Source: Bacilli bacterium | GTDB taxonomy: Bacteria > Bacillota_I > Bacilli_A > RF39 > UBA660 | Reading direction: 5' to 3' | Length of the DNA: 56,172 nt | Assembly: GCA_017938725.1 (NCBI GenBank) | Contig: JAGBAW010000001.1 | Span: forward strand, 1-56,172 | Part shown: positions 1 through 9,421 of the stretch, piece after piece | Layout of the letters: the number at the start of each line of letters is the position of its first letter | Position numbering within the stretch: the stretch's first letter is position 1 | Notes under the pieces: model-generated | What the model was told of the DNA's origin: nothing | What the model saw: only the letters and a program-made list of their open reading frames with translations | Database searches by the model: none | Position numbers and translations under genes: made by a program

Positions 1-141
1 ATAGTACTTTTAGTTTAAAAGATAATTATAGAACAAATTATTTCTTGTCAAAAAGAATGTAAAAATATGTAAAAAAAATACAAATTAATTGTATGACTTG
101 TATTTTCTCTTAAATTTTTCCAACATTTACTTTACTTCATC
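1..141. repeat. 141-bp inverted repeat, left copy (probably the end of a repeated element such as an IS)
   Basis: Bases 1-141 are the exact reverse complement of 56032-56172; identity stops at 142/56031. Confidence 0.97.
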
Positions 142-171
142 ATAAAACAAAAAAAGCCAGAGTAATGGCCT

Positions 172-705
172 TTATTTAAAGTATTTATCTATTAGTTCCT
201 TAACAAAAAATGTATATTCTGCATCCTCTACATCCGATTCATCTGCTTCTACTAAACATAGTGGTGGAAATAACACGCACCACCAGTTATCACCATCACC
301 ATCACCTAGTGTTATAACAAGGGATTCATATTTGCCCTCTTTATATTCTATACCCTTATATTCCTTTTTTGGAAAATAATTATAACCATAATTAATATTA
401 TAGTCCTTATCATAATTTAACTTTTTTAAAGTTTCTTTAACTAAGGAATCAATCTCATCTATATTTTCTTTTATTATATTTCTTGTATCTTCAATTGTTT
501 CTTTTCCATTTATTAATTCAAATATTTTATTTTGCACTACGTTTCTTACTTGAATCTTAATATTTTGATCATAAATTGTATTACTATTTGCAATTACTCT
601 AAATCTAATTGCTTCATCTGGAATAATATCTTCACTAGCTTGTGCATTATTATAAACATAAAATAATGAAATAATAGACAAAAAAAGTAATATAATTTTT
701 TTCAT
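172..705 (-). CDS. spoIIR: Stage II sporulation protein R
   Basis: Signal peptide, IRFRVIANSN and G.G.G.NWWCVLFPPLC motifs; lies downstream of prfA-prmC as in Bacillus. Confidence 0.95.
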   Translation of the reverse strand: MKKIILLFLSIISLFYVYNNAQASEDIIPDEAIRFRVIANSNTIYDQNIKIQVRNVVQNKIFELINGKETIEDTRNIIKENIDEIDSLVKETLKKLNYDKDYNINYGYNYFPKKEYKGIEYKEGKYESLVITLGDGDGDNWWCVLFPPLCLVEADESDVEDAEYTFFVKELIDKYFK

Positions 706-749
706 AAAAAATCATCCTTTCAAAATACCTATGGATGATTTTTTTTATT

Positions 750-1469
750 TTATTCAAAATTATGTATAAATACCATTCTATCTCTTTGTTCTAAATCTTT
801 TCTTACTATCACAGTTGGATTATTTAAATATTTACTTGCTAATGCTTTTATTTGTTTAGCTTGGTTCATGCCTATCTCAAAGCATATTAAATATTTATCA
901 TTTATTATATTATTTATATTTCTTAATATTTCTTCATAATAATACAAACCATCTTTACCTGCAAATAAAGCTAAATGTGGTTCATTATTATATACTATAT
1001 CCATTACTTTCTCATTATACGCTATATATGGTGGATTACTTATTATAATATCAAATTTAGCGTTTACACCATCATATAAATTTGTTTTTATAAACTTTAT
1101 ACTAACATCATTTTGCTTGGCATTTCTTTTAGCAACTTTTAATGCTTTTTTAGATATATCAGTTGCAACTATATCAATATTAGTATTTTCCTTCTTTAAA
1201 GCTATACTAATGCAACCTGAACCTGTTCCTATTTCTAGTAATTTTATTTTATTGTTAAAATATTTATTAATATACTTTAAAGTATTTTCAACCAATTCTT
1301 CCGTTTCAAACCTTGGTATTAATACATTTTTATTAACATTTATTTTATATCCATAAAATGATACATTCCCTATTATATATTGAACTGGGATTCCATTTTT
1401 TAATTTTTTTATTGCTTTTGGTAAATCTTTTCTATTTACATATTTTTCTAAATATTCTATATCAGTCAT
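750..1469 (-). CDS. prmC: Release factor glutamine methyltransferase
   Basis: VLIPRFETEELV, EIGTGSGCI and SNPPY motifs. Confidence 0.96.
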   Translation of the reverse strand: MTDIEYLEKYVNRKDLPKAIKKLKNGIPVQYIIGNVSFYGYKINVNKNVLIPRFETEELVENTLKYINKYFNNKIKLLEIGTGSGCISIALKKENTNIDIVATDISKKALKVAKRNAKQNDVSIKFIKTNLYDGVNAKFDIIISNPPYIAYNEKVMDIVYNNEPHLALFAGKDGLYYYEEILRNINNIINDKYLICFEIGMNQAKQIKALASKYLNNPTVIVRKDLEQRDRMVFIHNFE

Positions 1470-1477
1470 TTATACCT

Positions 1478-1750
1478 CTAATTACTATACCAGCTTATAT
1501 TATTATCAGGGTTTATTAATTTTAATATTTTTTCTTCTTCTGATTTTAATTCATCTTTAGAAAGTAATTCTGCTTTAACAAAATCACAATCTTTTAATTC
1601 AATATGTTTTGTAGCTTTGTTACGCTTATAACAATAAAGATCCTTTATATGATATTTTTCTCTTTTATTTGATTGTCTTCTTTGAATAGAAGTTATACTT
1701 CCGCATTCGTGGCACAATAAATCAGATTTCACAGTTTTTATTTTGCTCAT
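1478..1750 (-). CDS. Small zinc-ribbon protein with an L33-like N-terminal domain and a C-terminal extension
   Basis: CHECG...HIKDLYCYKRNKATKHIE pattern; ATG directly abuts the prfA stop codon. Confidence 0.65.
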   Translation of the reverse strand: MSKIKTVKSDLLCHECGSITSIQRRQSNKREKYHIKDLYCYKRNKATKHIELKDCDFVKAELLSKDELKSEEEKILKLINPDNNISWYSN

Positions 1751-2806
1751 TTATTCACCTGCTAATTTTCTCCTTTGATCTTCGTTGATAAGTGCTTCTA
1801 CTATCTCTTCTAATTTACCTTGCATTATTCTATCTAGTTGCATTAAAGTTAAATTTATTCTATGATCTGTTACTCTATTTTGTGGATAATTATATGTTCT
1901 TATTTTTTCAGCTCTATCTCCCGTTCCTATCTTACTTCTTCTTTCATCCTCTATTTGGGCATTTTGTTTTCTTTGTATATCATCATATACTTTACTTTTT
2001 AATATTTGCATTGCCTTTTCCTTATTTTTTAATTGGCTTCTCTCATCTTGACAAGTTACAACAGTATTAGTAGGTAAATATGTTATTCTAACTGCACTAT
2101 CTGTTGTATTTACTCCTTGTCCTCCTGCACCACTACTTCTATATACATCTATTCTTATATCACTTTCTTTTATATCTATATCTATATCTTCAACCTCTGG
2201 CAAGACTGCAACTGTCGCTGTAGATGTATGAACTCTTCCTTGTGATTCAGTAGTTGGAACTCTTTGAACCCTATGTGTACCAGATTCATATTTTAATTTT
2301 GAATAAACGCTATCCCCTTTAATCATGAATTCAATTTGAGAATATCCTCCACTTGTTCCCTCAACAGAATTTATTACTTCTACTTTCCATCCCATTGATT
2401 CAGCATACCTTGAATACATATCAAATAAGTCACCCGCAAAAAGGTTTGCCTCATCTCCACCTGCGGCTCCTCTTATTTCAACAATAATATTTTTATCATC
2501 ATTAGGATCTTTTGGTAAAAGTAATATTTCAAGATTTGTTTCCACTTTTTCTTTTTGAATTTCTAAGTTTGCTAATTCCTCTTTAGCGAAAGCAAACATT
2601 TCCTTATCATTTAACATGTCTTTAGCGTCATCTATGTCACTTAAGATTTTCTTATATTTTTTATATTCTTCTATTATTTCAGTAAGTGATGATTGTTCTT
2701 TAGATAGAGTAGTCATCATTTTTACATCACTTAAAACTTCTGGTTTACTAAGTTCATCTGTTAAAAAATTATATCTTTCTAAAGTAGCTTCTAATCTATC
2801 TATCAT
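1751..2806 (-). CDS. prfA: Peptide chain release factor 1
   Basis: [17 protein letters not shown] (PxT) and [16 protein letters not shown] motifs. Confidence 0.98.
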   Translation of the reverse strand: MIDRLEATLERYNFLTDELSKPEVLSDVKMMTTLSKEQSSLTEIIEEYKKYKKILSDIDDAKDMLNDKEMFAFAKEELANLEIQKEKVETNLEILLLPKDPNDDKNIIVEIRGAAGGDEANLFAGDLFDMYSRYAESMGWKVEVINSVEGTSGGYSQIEFMIKGDSVYSKLKYESGTHRVQRVPTTESQGRVHTSTATVAVLPEVEDIDIDIKESDIRIDVYRSSGAGGQGVNTTDSAVRITYLPTNTVVTCQDERSQLKNKEKAMQILKSKVYDDIQRKQNAQIEDERRSKIGTGDRAEKIRTYNYPQNRVTDHRINLTLMQLDRIMQGKLEEIVEALINEDQRRKLAGE

Positions 2807-2815
2807 ATTTATCAC

Positions 2816-3262
2816 CTATTCTTCTATATCTTCTTCATCTACTATTGATAAATCTTCCAAATCGTCTTCTGGTAAATCATCTATATCTCCATCACCATAA
2901 TCATCTTCTAAATCTATATCATCTTCATCCTGTAATTCTTCATCTTCCTCTATAGATTCATCTTCTATTTCCTCACCAGTGTCATCTTCACCTTCATCAA
3001 CTATAACCTTTACAACATGATTTTCTTTTAAATCCCAATCGATACTATCAATTAATATAAATCTTTTATCTGTAGAAAGAGCTGTAAAAAAATCTCCAAT
3101 TTTTGCTTCAAACTCAGATTCACTTAGTTCAAGTAAATTACATACTTCTTTAAATAAATTTGGTGTATTATATTGTTTGTTATCTTCTTTAATTATTTCA
3201 TATGCTATATCAGTATAGCTCATTAATTCTAATTCTAACTTATCTTTTTTTCTTATACTCAT
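2816..3262 (-). CDS. rpoE: RNA polymerase delta subunit
   Basis: FFTALSTDKRFI...WDLK N-terminal domain plus long acidic tail; next to argS. Confidence 0.92.
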   Translation of the reverse strand: MSIRKKDKLELELMSYTDIAYEIIKEDNKQYNTPNLFKEVCNLLELSESEFEAKIGDFFTALSTDKRFILIDSIDWDLKENHVVKVIVDEGEDDTGEEIEDESIEEDEELQDEDDIDLEDDYGDGDIDDLPEDDLEDLSIVDEEDIEE

Positions 3263-3326
3263 AATGTTACATCCTTTCATTTATAAATATTCATTATATG
3301 TATATGTTTAATGTTTATTAATGACC

Positions 3327-5036
3327 CTACATTTTACTTGGCATCTGTATACCTAATATTTCAAGACCCTTCCTTAGAACTGTGCCAACCATATTTATCA
3401 AATATAAACGGGAATGTCTTTCATCAGGATTGTCTGATAACACTTTATTTTTATTATAAAATGCGCTATAGCTTTTTGCTAAATCTATTAGATATCTTGA
3501 TAATATATAAGGTTCATTTTTAATAGCTGATTGCTCTATAATATCTGTAAAATTATAAAGTAGCTTAACAATACTATATGATTGTTCGTCACTAAGTTTA
3601 CTATAATTTATATCTTTTAGCAATACATTTTCGGAGGATTTTGACAAAATACTATTAATTCTTACATACATATATTGTATGTATGGACATGTTTCACCTT
3701 GAAATGAAAGCATTTCATCTAAATCAAATACTTCGTCTTTTATTCTAGAATTATACAAATCACTAAATACCACTGCACCTACTCCAACCTTTTTAGATAT
3801 TTCATCTATTTCAGATAAATCTGGATTTTTTTCTTTTATTATTTGTTTTGCCTTAGAAATTGATTCATTTAATATATCTTCAAGTTTAATGAAATTTCCC
3901 TTTCTTGTAGACATTTTTCCTTCCTTTAAACTATACATCCCATAAGATACATGTTCTAAGCCGTTTATATACTTATCATCTAGGCCTAAGTATTTTGCTA
4001 CTTTAAAAACTTGATTAAAATGAAAATCCTGTTCATATCCTGTTACATAAATACTCTTATCATAATCATAGACTCTTGATCTATATATAATGGCAGCTAG
4101 ATCACGAGTAGCATATATACTTGATCCATCACTTTTTTTCACTATACATGGGGTATCTATTCCATCTTCCTTTAAATCAACAACCATAGCCCCTTCACTT
4201 TGTACTAATTTATTATTTTTCTTTAATATATCTACAACCTCATCTATTTTGTCTGTATAAAATGCTTCTCCTTTTATGCTATCAAATTTTATTCCTAGTA
4301 AGTCATATGTCCTTTGAAACTCTTTTAAGCTAAGATCTCTAAACTTTTCCCATAATCTAGTACAATATTCTTCTTTTTCTTCAAGTAATTTAAAATTTTC
4401 CCTACATCTATCAAGTACTTTTTCATCCTCTTCACATAAATTATTTATCCTTATATACATCTTTGTAAGCTCATCAATTGGATTATCATCAATATTATAT
4501 TCATTTCCCCATAGTTTATAAGCTTCAATCAATTTACCAAATTGAGTTCCATAATCACCTAAATGATTAATTCCGATAGTATTATAGCCTAAGAATTTAT
4601 AAATATTATATAAAGCATGCCCAATTACTGTTGTTCTTAGATGTCCAATATGAAATGGTTTTGCTATGTTTGGGGATGAATACTCAACCAAAATAGTTTT
4701 ATTATTACCAATATTGGATCTACCATAATCATCTTTTTTTTCTTCAAACTCACTAAATACGGTCCTTGTTACTTCTTCTTTATCTAAATAAAAATTTAAA
4801 TATCCACTTACACTTTCTATTTTTTCTATATAATCTGGAGTTCTTATTTTTTCTTTTAATTCTTGTGAAATAACTATAGGAGATTTTTTCAAAGTCTTTG
4901 CTAAACTAAAACAAGGAAATGAATAATCTCCCATAGATTCTTCTTTAGTTAAATTTATATTATTATATATTTCATTTTCATCAATTTGTAAAATTGCTGA
5001 TAATAAATCTGCAATTTTCCTTTTAAAGTTTCTCAT
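3327..5036 (-). CDS. argS: Arginine--tRNA ligase
   Basis: EYSSPNIAKPFHIGHLR and KMSTRKG motifs. Confidence 0.98.
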   Translation of the reverse strand: MRNFKRKIADLLSAILQIDENEIYNNINLTKEESMGDYSFPCFSLAKTLKKSPIVISQELKEKIRTPDYIEKIESVSGYLNFYLDKEEVTRTVFSEFEEKKDDYGRSNIGNNKTILVEYSSPNIAKPFHIGHLRTTVIGHALYNIYKFLGYNTIGINHLGDYGTQFGKLIEAYKLWGNEYNIDDNPIDELTKMYIRINNLCEEDEKVLDRCRENFKLLEEKEEYCTRLWEKFRDLSLKEFQRTYDLLGIKFDSIKGEAFYTDKIDEVVDILKKNNKLVQSEGAMVVDLKEDGIDTPCIVKKSDGSSIYATRDLAAIIYRSRVYDYDKSIYVTGYEQDFHFNQVFKVAKYLGLDDKYINGLEHVSYGMYSLKEGKMSTRKGNFIKLEDILNESISKAKQIIKEKNPDLSEIDEISKKVGVGAVVFSDLYNSRIKDEVFDLDEMLSFQGETCPYIQYMYVRINSILSKSSENVLLKDINYSKLSDEQSYSIVKLLYNFTDIIEQSAIKNEPYILSRYLIDLAKSYSAFYNKNKVLSDNPDERHSRLYLINMVGTVLRKGLEILGIQMPSKM

Positions 5037-5038
5037 TT

Positions 5039-5413
5039 TTACATCTCCTTTATATCAATTTGATATTTAAATATACCTGTTTTTTCATTTGATAACCATA
5101 ATTCATATTCTATATATAATTTATTTTTTTCTATTATTAATTCATTTGTAAAAATTTCAGTATCTATGTAAAAATTTAAATCTTTTATAAAATATTTTGA
5201 ATCTGTTTTTCTTTTTAATATAAAATTAAATATAATAAGTGATTCATTATTGTCTTTTTTCATAATTATATTATCTTTATTAAAAGTCATTTTTATACTT
5301 TCATTTTCATATTTAAATTCTAATTCTTTATTTTCAATATATTTTGCTTTAATATTTTCTTTTTTTATTACTTCATCATTATTTTTAATCATTAAATCTA
5401 CATAATATTCCAT
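5039..5413 (-). CDS. YwiB/DUF1934-like protein
   Basis: Small beta-rich protein directly upstream of argS, the ywiB position in Bacillus. Confidence 0.6.
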   Translation of the reverse strand: MEYYVDLMIKNNDEVIKKENIKAKYIENKELEFKYENESIKMTFNKDNIIMKKDNNESLIIFNFILKRKTDSKYFIKDLNFYIDTEIFTNELIIEKNKLYIEYELWLSNEKTGIFKYQIDIKEM

Positions 5414-5526
5414 AAAAATTTCACCAATCTTTTTTTCAACGTAGATTATAACATATATATAATAAAATTGCACTTATATTTTGTTTTTTTTTTAACATAA
5501 TATAAATAGAAAAATTGGTGATTTAT

Positions 5527-7491
5527 ATGAAGAGAAAAAAGATATTACTGAAATTATTTGTTTTTTTTAGTTTTTTTATATGCATTTTATTTACATTTAT
5601 ATATTTTTATATAAGATTAACACCTAAATTAGATTTAAAAAAAACTAATAATATTATTCTTTATGATAAAAACAATAAAGTATTTTTTAAGGGAAATGGT
5701 TCTAAAGAATGGATAACTTTAAATCTAGTTGATCAAGATTTAATAGATGCGACTATTTCGATAGAAGATAAGAGATTTTATTCGCATAATGGGTTTGATT
5801 ATATTAGGATAATAAAGTCAATGTATAACAATATTGTAAATGGTAATATTGTTGAGGGTGCTTCAACTATATCGCAGCAATATGCTAGAAATTTATATCT
5901 TACTTTTGAGAGAAATTGGTCTAGAAAAATTAAAGAGGCTTGGCTTGCACTAAAACTTGAAATTAATTATTCCAAGGACGAAATACTAGAGGGTTATTTA
6001 AATACTATTAATTATGGCAATGGAGTTATGGGTATTCAAAATGCTGCAAGGTATTATTTTAATAAAAGTGCAGAAAATTTAAGTCTAGCTGAAAGTTCTA
6101 TGCTTGCGGGAATACCAGGTTCTCCTCAGGAATATTCTCCTATTAATAATGAAAAAAGTGCTAAGGCAAGACAAAAAGTCATTTTAGATAGTATGGTTAA
6201 AAATGGGTACATCACAGAGGAAGAATCAAATGAGGCATATAATACCAAGCTTACTTATTATGGAAAAAAAGATACTTTAAATCTATCTACCTTGATGTAT
6301 TATAAGGATGCTGTTTTAAGTGAACTTGAAAATTTAAATGTAATACCTAGTGACTATTTGGATTCTAATGGTATAAAAATATATACTAATTTAGATTTAG
6401 ATGCTCAAACTTCTTTAGAAAATGCTGTTAACTCAGATATTACAAATAATGATGAAATACAAGTATCTAGTGTTATGGTAGAAAATAAATCAGGAAAAGT
6501 AATTGCCCTTACTGGGGGAAGAAATTATGAAAAAAGTCAATACAATAGAGTTACATATTCAAAAAGGCAAGTTGGATCTACTATGAAACCTTTTTTATAC
6601 TATGCTGCGCTTGAAAATGGGTTTACAGCTTCATCTACATTTTTATCCGAACCTACAACTTTTTCACTTGAGAATAATCAAACATATAGTCCCGCTAACT
6701 TTGGTAATATTTATCCAAATTATCCAATTCCCCTTATATTAGCTGTTGCATATTCTGATAATATATATGCTATTAAAACTCATTTGTTTTTAGGAGAAGA
6801 TGCCATTATTAATGTAGCTAAAAAAGCTGGTATAAATACGAAACTGCCTAAAAATGTATCGTTACCTTTAGGTACTACAGAGCTTAATATTATGGAATTT
6901 ACTAATGCATATTCAACAATAGCTAATGAGGGAAAGAAAAATGATTTATATCTGATTAGAAAGGTAGAAGGGGAAGATGGAAAAGTAATCTATAAACATA
7001 AAGATAAATCTAAACAGGTTTTAGATAGTAATTATACATTTATACTTAGTTCTCTTTTAAATAATTGTTATGATAATACTCTGGCAGATTACAATTCTCC
7101 TACCTGCTTAAATATTAAACCAAAGCTTACTAAAACTTACGCTATTAAAACGGGTACAACAGATACTGATTCATGGACAGTAGGTTACAATAAAGATTAT
7201 ACTTTAAGTGTTTGGGTTGGTTATGATAATAATAAGGATCTAGTGAGTAAGGATATGAAATATGCTAAAAATATTTGGGCTGATACAATAGAAACATATT
7301 CAAGAGGTAGGGAAGATTCGTGGTATGATAAACCAAAAGACGTAGTATCTGTAATAGTAAATCCATTAACTGGAAAACTTGCTACTAATTCATCTTCTAA
7401 AAAGAAACTTATGTATTATTTGAAAGGAACACAACCTACTGAGTTTGATAATAATAATGAAGATAATGAAAAAGATAAGAATTCATCCTGA
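5527..7491 (+). CDS. Class A penicillin-binding protein (transglycosylase/transpeptidase), PbpG/YwhE-like by position
   Basis: N-terminal TM; EDKRFYSHNG and GASTISQQ transglycosylase motifs; GSTMKP (SxxK), SDN and KTGT transpeptidase motifs. Confidence 0.93.
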   Translation: MKRKKILLKLFVFFSFFICILFTFIYFYIRLTPKLDLKKTNNIILYDKNNKVFFKGNGSKEWITLNLVDQDLIDATISIEDKRFYSHNGFDYIRIIKSMYNNIVNGNIVEGASTISQQYARNLYLTFERNWSRKIKEAWLALKLEINYSKDEILEGYLNTINYGNGVMGIQNAARYYFNKSAENLSLAESSMLAGIPGSPQEYSPINNEKSAKARQKVILDSMVKNGYITEEESNEAYNTKLTYYGKKDTLNLSTLMYYKDAVLSELENLNVIPSDYLDSNGIKIYTNLDLDAQTSLENAVNSDITNNDEIQVSSVMVENKSGKVIALTGGRNYEKSQYNRVTYSKRQVGSTMKPFLYYAALENGFTASSTFLSEPTTFSLENNQTYSPANFGNIYPNYPIPLILAVAYSDNIYAIKTHLFLGEDAIINVAKKAGINTKLPKNVSLPLGTTELNIMEFTNAYSTIANEGKKNDLYLIRKVEGEDGKVIYKHKDKSKQVLDSNYTFILSSLLNNCYDNTLADYNSPTCLNIKPKLTKTYAIKTGTTDTDSWTVGYNKDYTLSVWVGYDNNKDLVSKDMKYAKNIWADTIETYSRGREDSWYDKPKDVVSVIVNPLTGKLATNSSSKKKLMYYLKGTQPTEFDNNNEDNEKDKNSS

Positions 7492-7661
7492 ATAACTTAT
7501 CTTTTTTAAAAAATGGTAGATGTTCGCTTATTAACTATTGGTTATTTTATAGAATTAGTATGTATATATTTAATTAGTGTAAAATGCACTCCTTTATTCT
7601 TTATAGAAAATTATGATTAATAATTAAAGGAGAAAAAACTTTATATACAGTTGTTATTCTT

Positions 7662-8660
7662 CTACTTTTCTACTTTTATAACAAATTGATATAATGAATC
7701 AAAGTCATATTTATCTAATTTCACATCAAAGCCAACCATTTTTATTTCAGTTATTAAATTATTTATTTTCTCTATTACTAAATCAATGTTCTTTTTACTA
7801 GAGGTAGATGGTATTATTGAATCTTGATAATCATTTATTACTTCTATTTCTTCATCTTCTATAAGTTGTTCATCTAAATTAGTAACATTATTAATATTTA
7901 TTGTACTATTTAATATTGAATCTAAATCTTTTAATTTAATATCGTTTTCTGACAATTCATCAGTATTAGGTTTAAGACTTGGAAATACAAACGGATTTTC
8001 CTCTTTTTGTTTATTAGTTAAGTTTGATATTTGAATAAATTCATCTTCTTTATTATTTAATTTATTTGTTATTAAATCTTCAGTATCTCTAACATTTAAC
8101 CTCTTCTCTATAATTTCATTTAATACTTTTCTTTGCAAATCTTTATCATCTATTCTTAGCAAACTTCTTGCATGTCTTTCAGATATTTTATTATTTAAAA
8201 GAGCTTCTTGAACTTCTTCATCTAAATTTAAAAGTCTTAATTTATTTGAAATAGTAGCTTGTGTTTTACCCATCCTACCTGCGAGCTGATCCTGCGTTAA
8301 ATAACCTCTGTCTAGTAATTTTTTGTAAGATTTAGCTTCTTCTATTGGAGATAAGTCTCTTCTTTGTATATTTTCTACTATTGCAACTTCTGCTGATTCA
8401 TTATCGTTTAAATCTATAATTACAGCAGGAACTGTAGAAAGACCCGCAATATATGATGCTTTATATCTTCTTTCACCCGCAATTATTTCATATTTATCTC
8501 CTATTTTTCGAAGGACTAGAGGCTGAATTATTCCATGTTGTCTAATAGATTCTGCAAGTTCATTTAAACCTTGTTCATCAAAGGATAACCTTGGTTGAAA
8601 TCTATTTGGAATTATATCATCTAATGCTACTTCTATTATCTCTTTTTCCCTACTATTCAT
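7662..8660 (-). CDS. noc: Nucleoid occlusion protein Noc (ParB family)
   Basis: PNRFQPR and IIAGERR motifs; HTH GKTQATISNKLRLL...ISERHAR with Noc-type rather than Spo0J-type residues; downstream of rsmG. Confidence 0.85.
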   Translation of the reverse strand: MNSREKEIIEVALDDIIPNRFQPRLSFDEQGLNELAESIRQHGIIQPLVLRKIGDKYEIIAGERRYKASYIAGLSTVPAVIIDLNDNESAEVAIVENIQRRDLSPIEEAKSYKKLLDRGYLTQDQLAGRMGKTQATISNKLRLLNLDEEVQEALLNNKISERHARSLLRIDDKDLQRKVLNEIIEKRLNVRDTEDLITNKLNNKEDEFIQISNLTNKQKEENPFVFPSLKPNTDELSENDIKLKDLDSILNSTININNVTNLDEQLIEDEEIEVINDYQDSIIPSTSSKKNIDLVIEKINNLITEIKMVGFDVKLDKYDFDSLYQFVIKVEK

Positions 8661-8713
8661 ACTACTCACCCTTTTATTCTTATATAATTAAGTTTACAAT
8701 AAAAATCCATTTT

Positions 8714-9421
8714 TTACAATGGATTTTTACTAATTTTATCAAATTTACGTGGATACTTTTCTTTTGTCTTTTTTATTTTTTTTATCTTCACAATATTTCT
8801 TACACTGTTTTCTATAGGTAAACTAAATGATATTACCTCTTCTAATTTGCAATCTAATTTTTTTAGTGAATTCTTTGATTTTTCTAACTCTTCATCTATA
8901 TTTGCCTTCATAGCAATAAAGTAACCTTCAACTTTTACCATAGGAACACATAATTCATTTAATATATTTAATTTTGCAACCGCTCTTGATGTAACTATAT
9001 CAAATTCTTCTATATGTTTTTTAGCAAAATCTTCTGCTCTTGTATGAACTGCAATAATATCCTTTAAATCAAGTTTATTTACTACCTCATTTAAAAATAT
9101 AATTCTTTTGTTTAATGCATCAACTAATGTAATTTTAAGATTTGGAAAGAATATTTTTAGAACGATTCCGGGAAATCCTGCACCTGTTCCTACATCACAT
9201 ATATTTAATTCTTGATTTAAATCATATGCTTTTATGATAGTTAAACTATCATAGAAATGTTTTAAATATACATCCTCTTTATTAGTTATAGCAGTTAAAT
9301 TTATCTTTTCATTCCACTCTATTAATAAATTATAATATTCTTCTAATTTACTTAATTTTTCATCTGTAACTTCAATATTTAAATTTTTTATCTCATTTAT
9401 AAATTCATCTTTATTCATCAA
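8714..9421 (-). CDS. rsmG: 16S rRNA m7G527 methyltransferase (GidB)
   Basis: WNEKINLTAI, HFYDSL, DVGTGAGFPG and SRAVA motifs. Confidence 0.97.
   Translation of the reverse strand: MMNKDEFINEIKNLNIEVTDEKLSKLEEYYNLLIEWNEKINLTAITNKEDVYLKHFYDSLTIIKAYDLNQELNICDVGTGAGFPGIVLKIFFPNLKITLVDALNKRIIFLNEVVNKLDLKDIIAVHTRAEDFAKKHIEEFDIVTSRAVAKLNILNELCVPMVKVEGYFIAMKANIDEELEKSKNSLKKLDCKLEEVISFSLPIENSVRNIVKIKKIKKTKEKYPRKFDKISKNPL

Noticed and set aside
2816-3000. TCATCT/TCTTCA-rich low-complexity tract
   Set aside because: Encodes the normal acidic tail of the RNA polymerase delta subunit
7513-7620. 35-codon hydrophobic ORF and CTCCTTTA/TAAAGGAG inverted repeat between the PBP gene and noc
   Set aside because: No RBS or clear promoter; cannot be told apart from terminator or decayed sequence
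9163-9176. Second NBS-like sequence CGATTCCGGGAAAT in rsmG
   Set aside because: Four mismatches, and explained by the conserved GFPG codons
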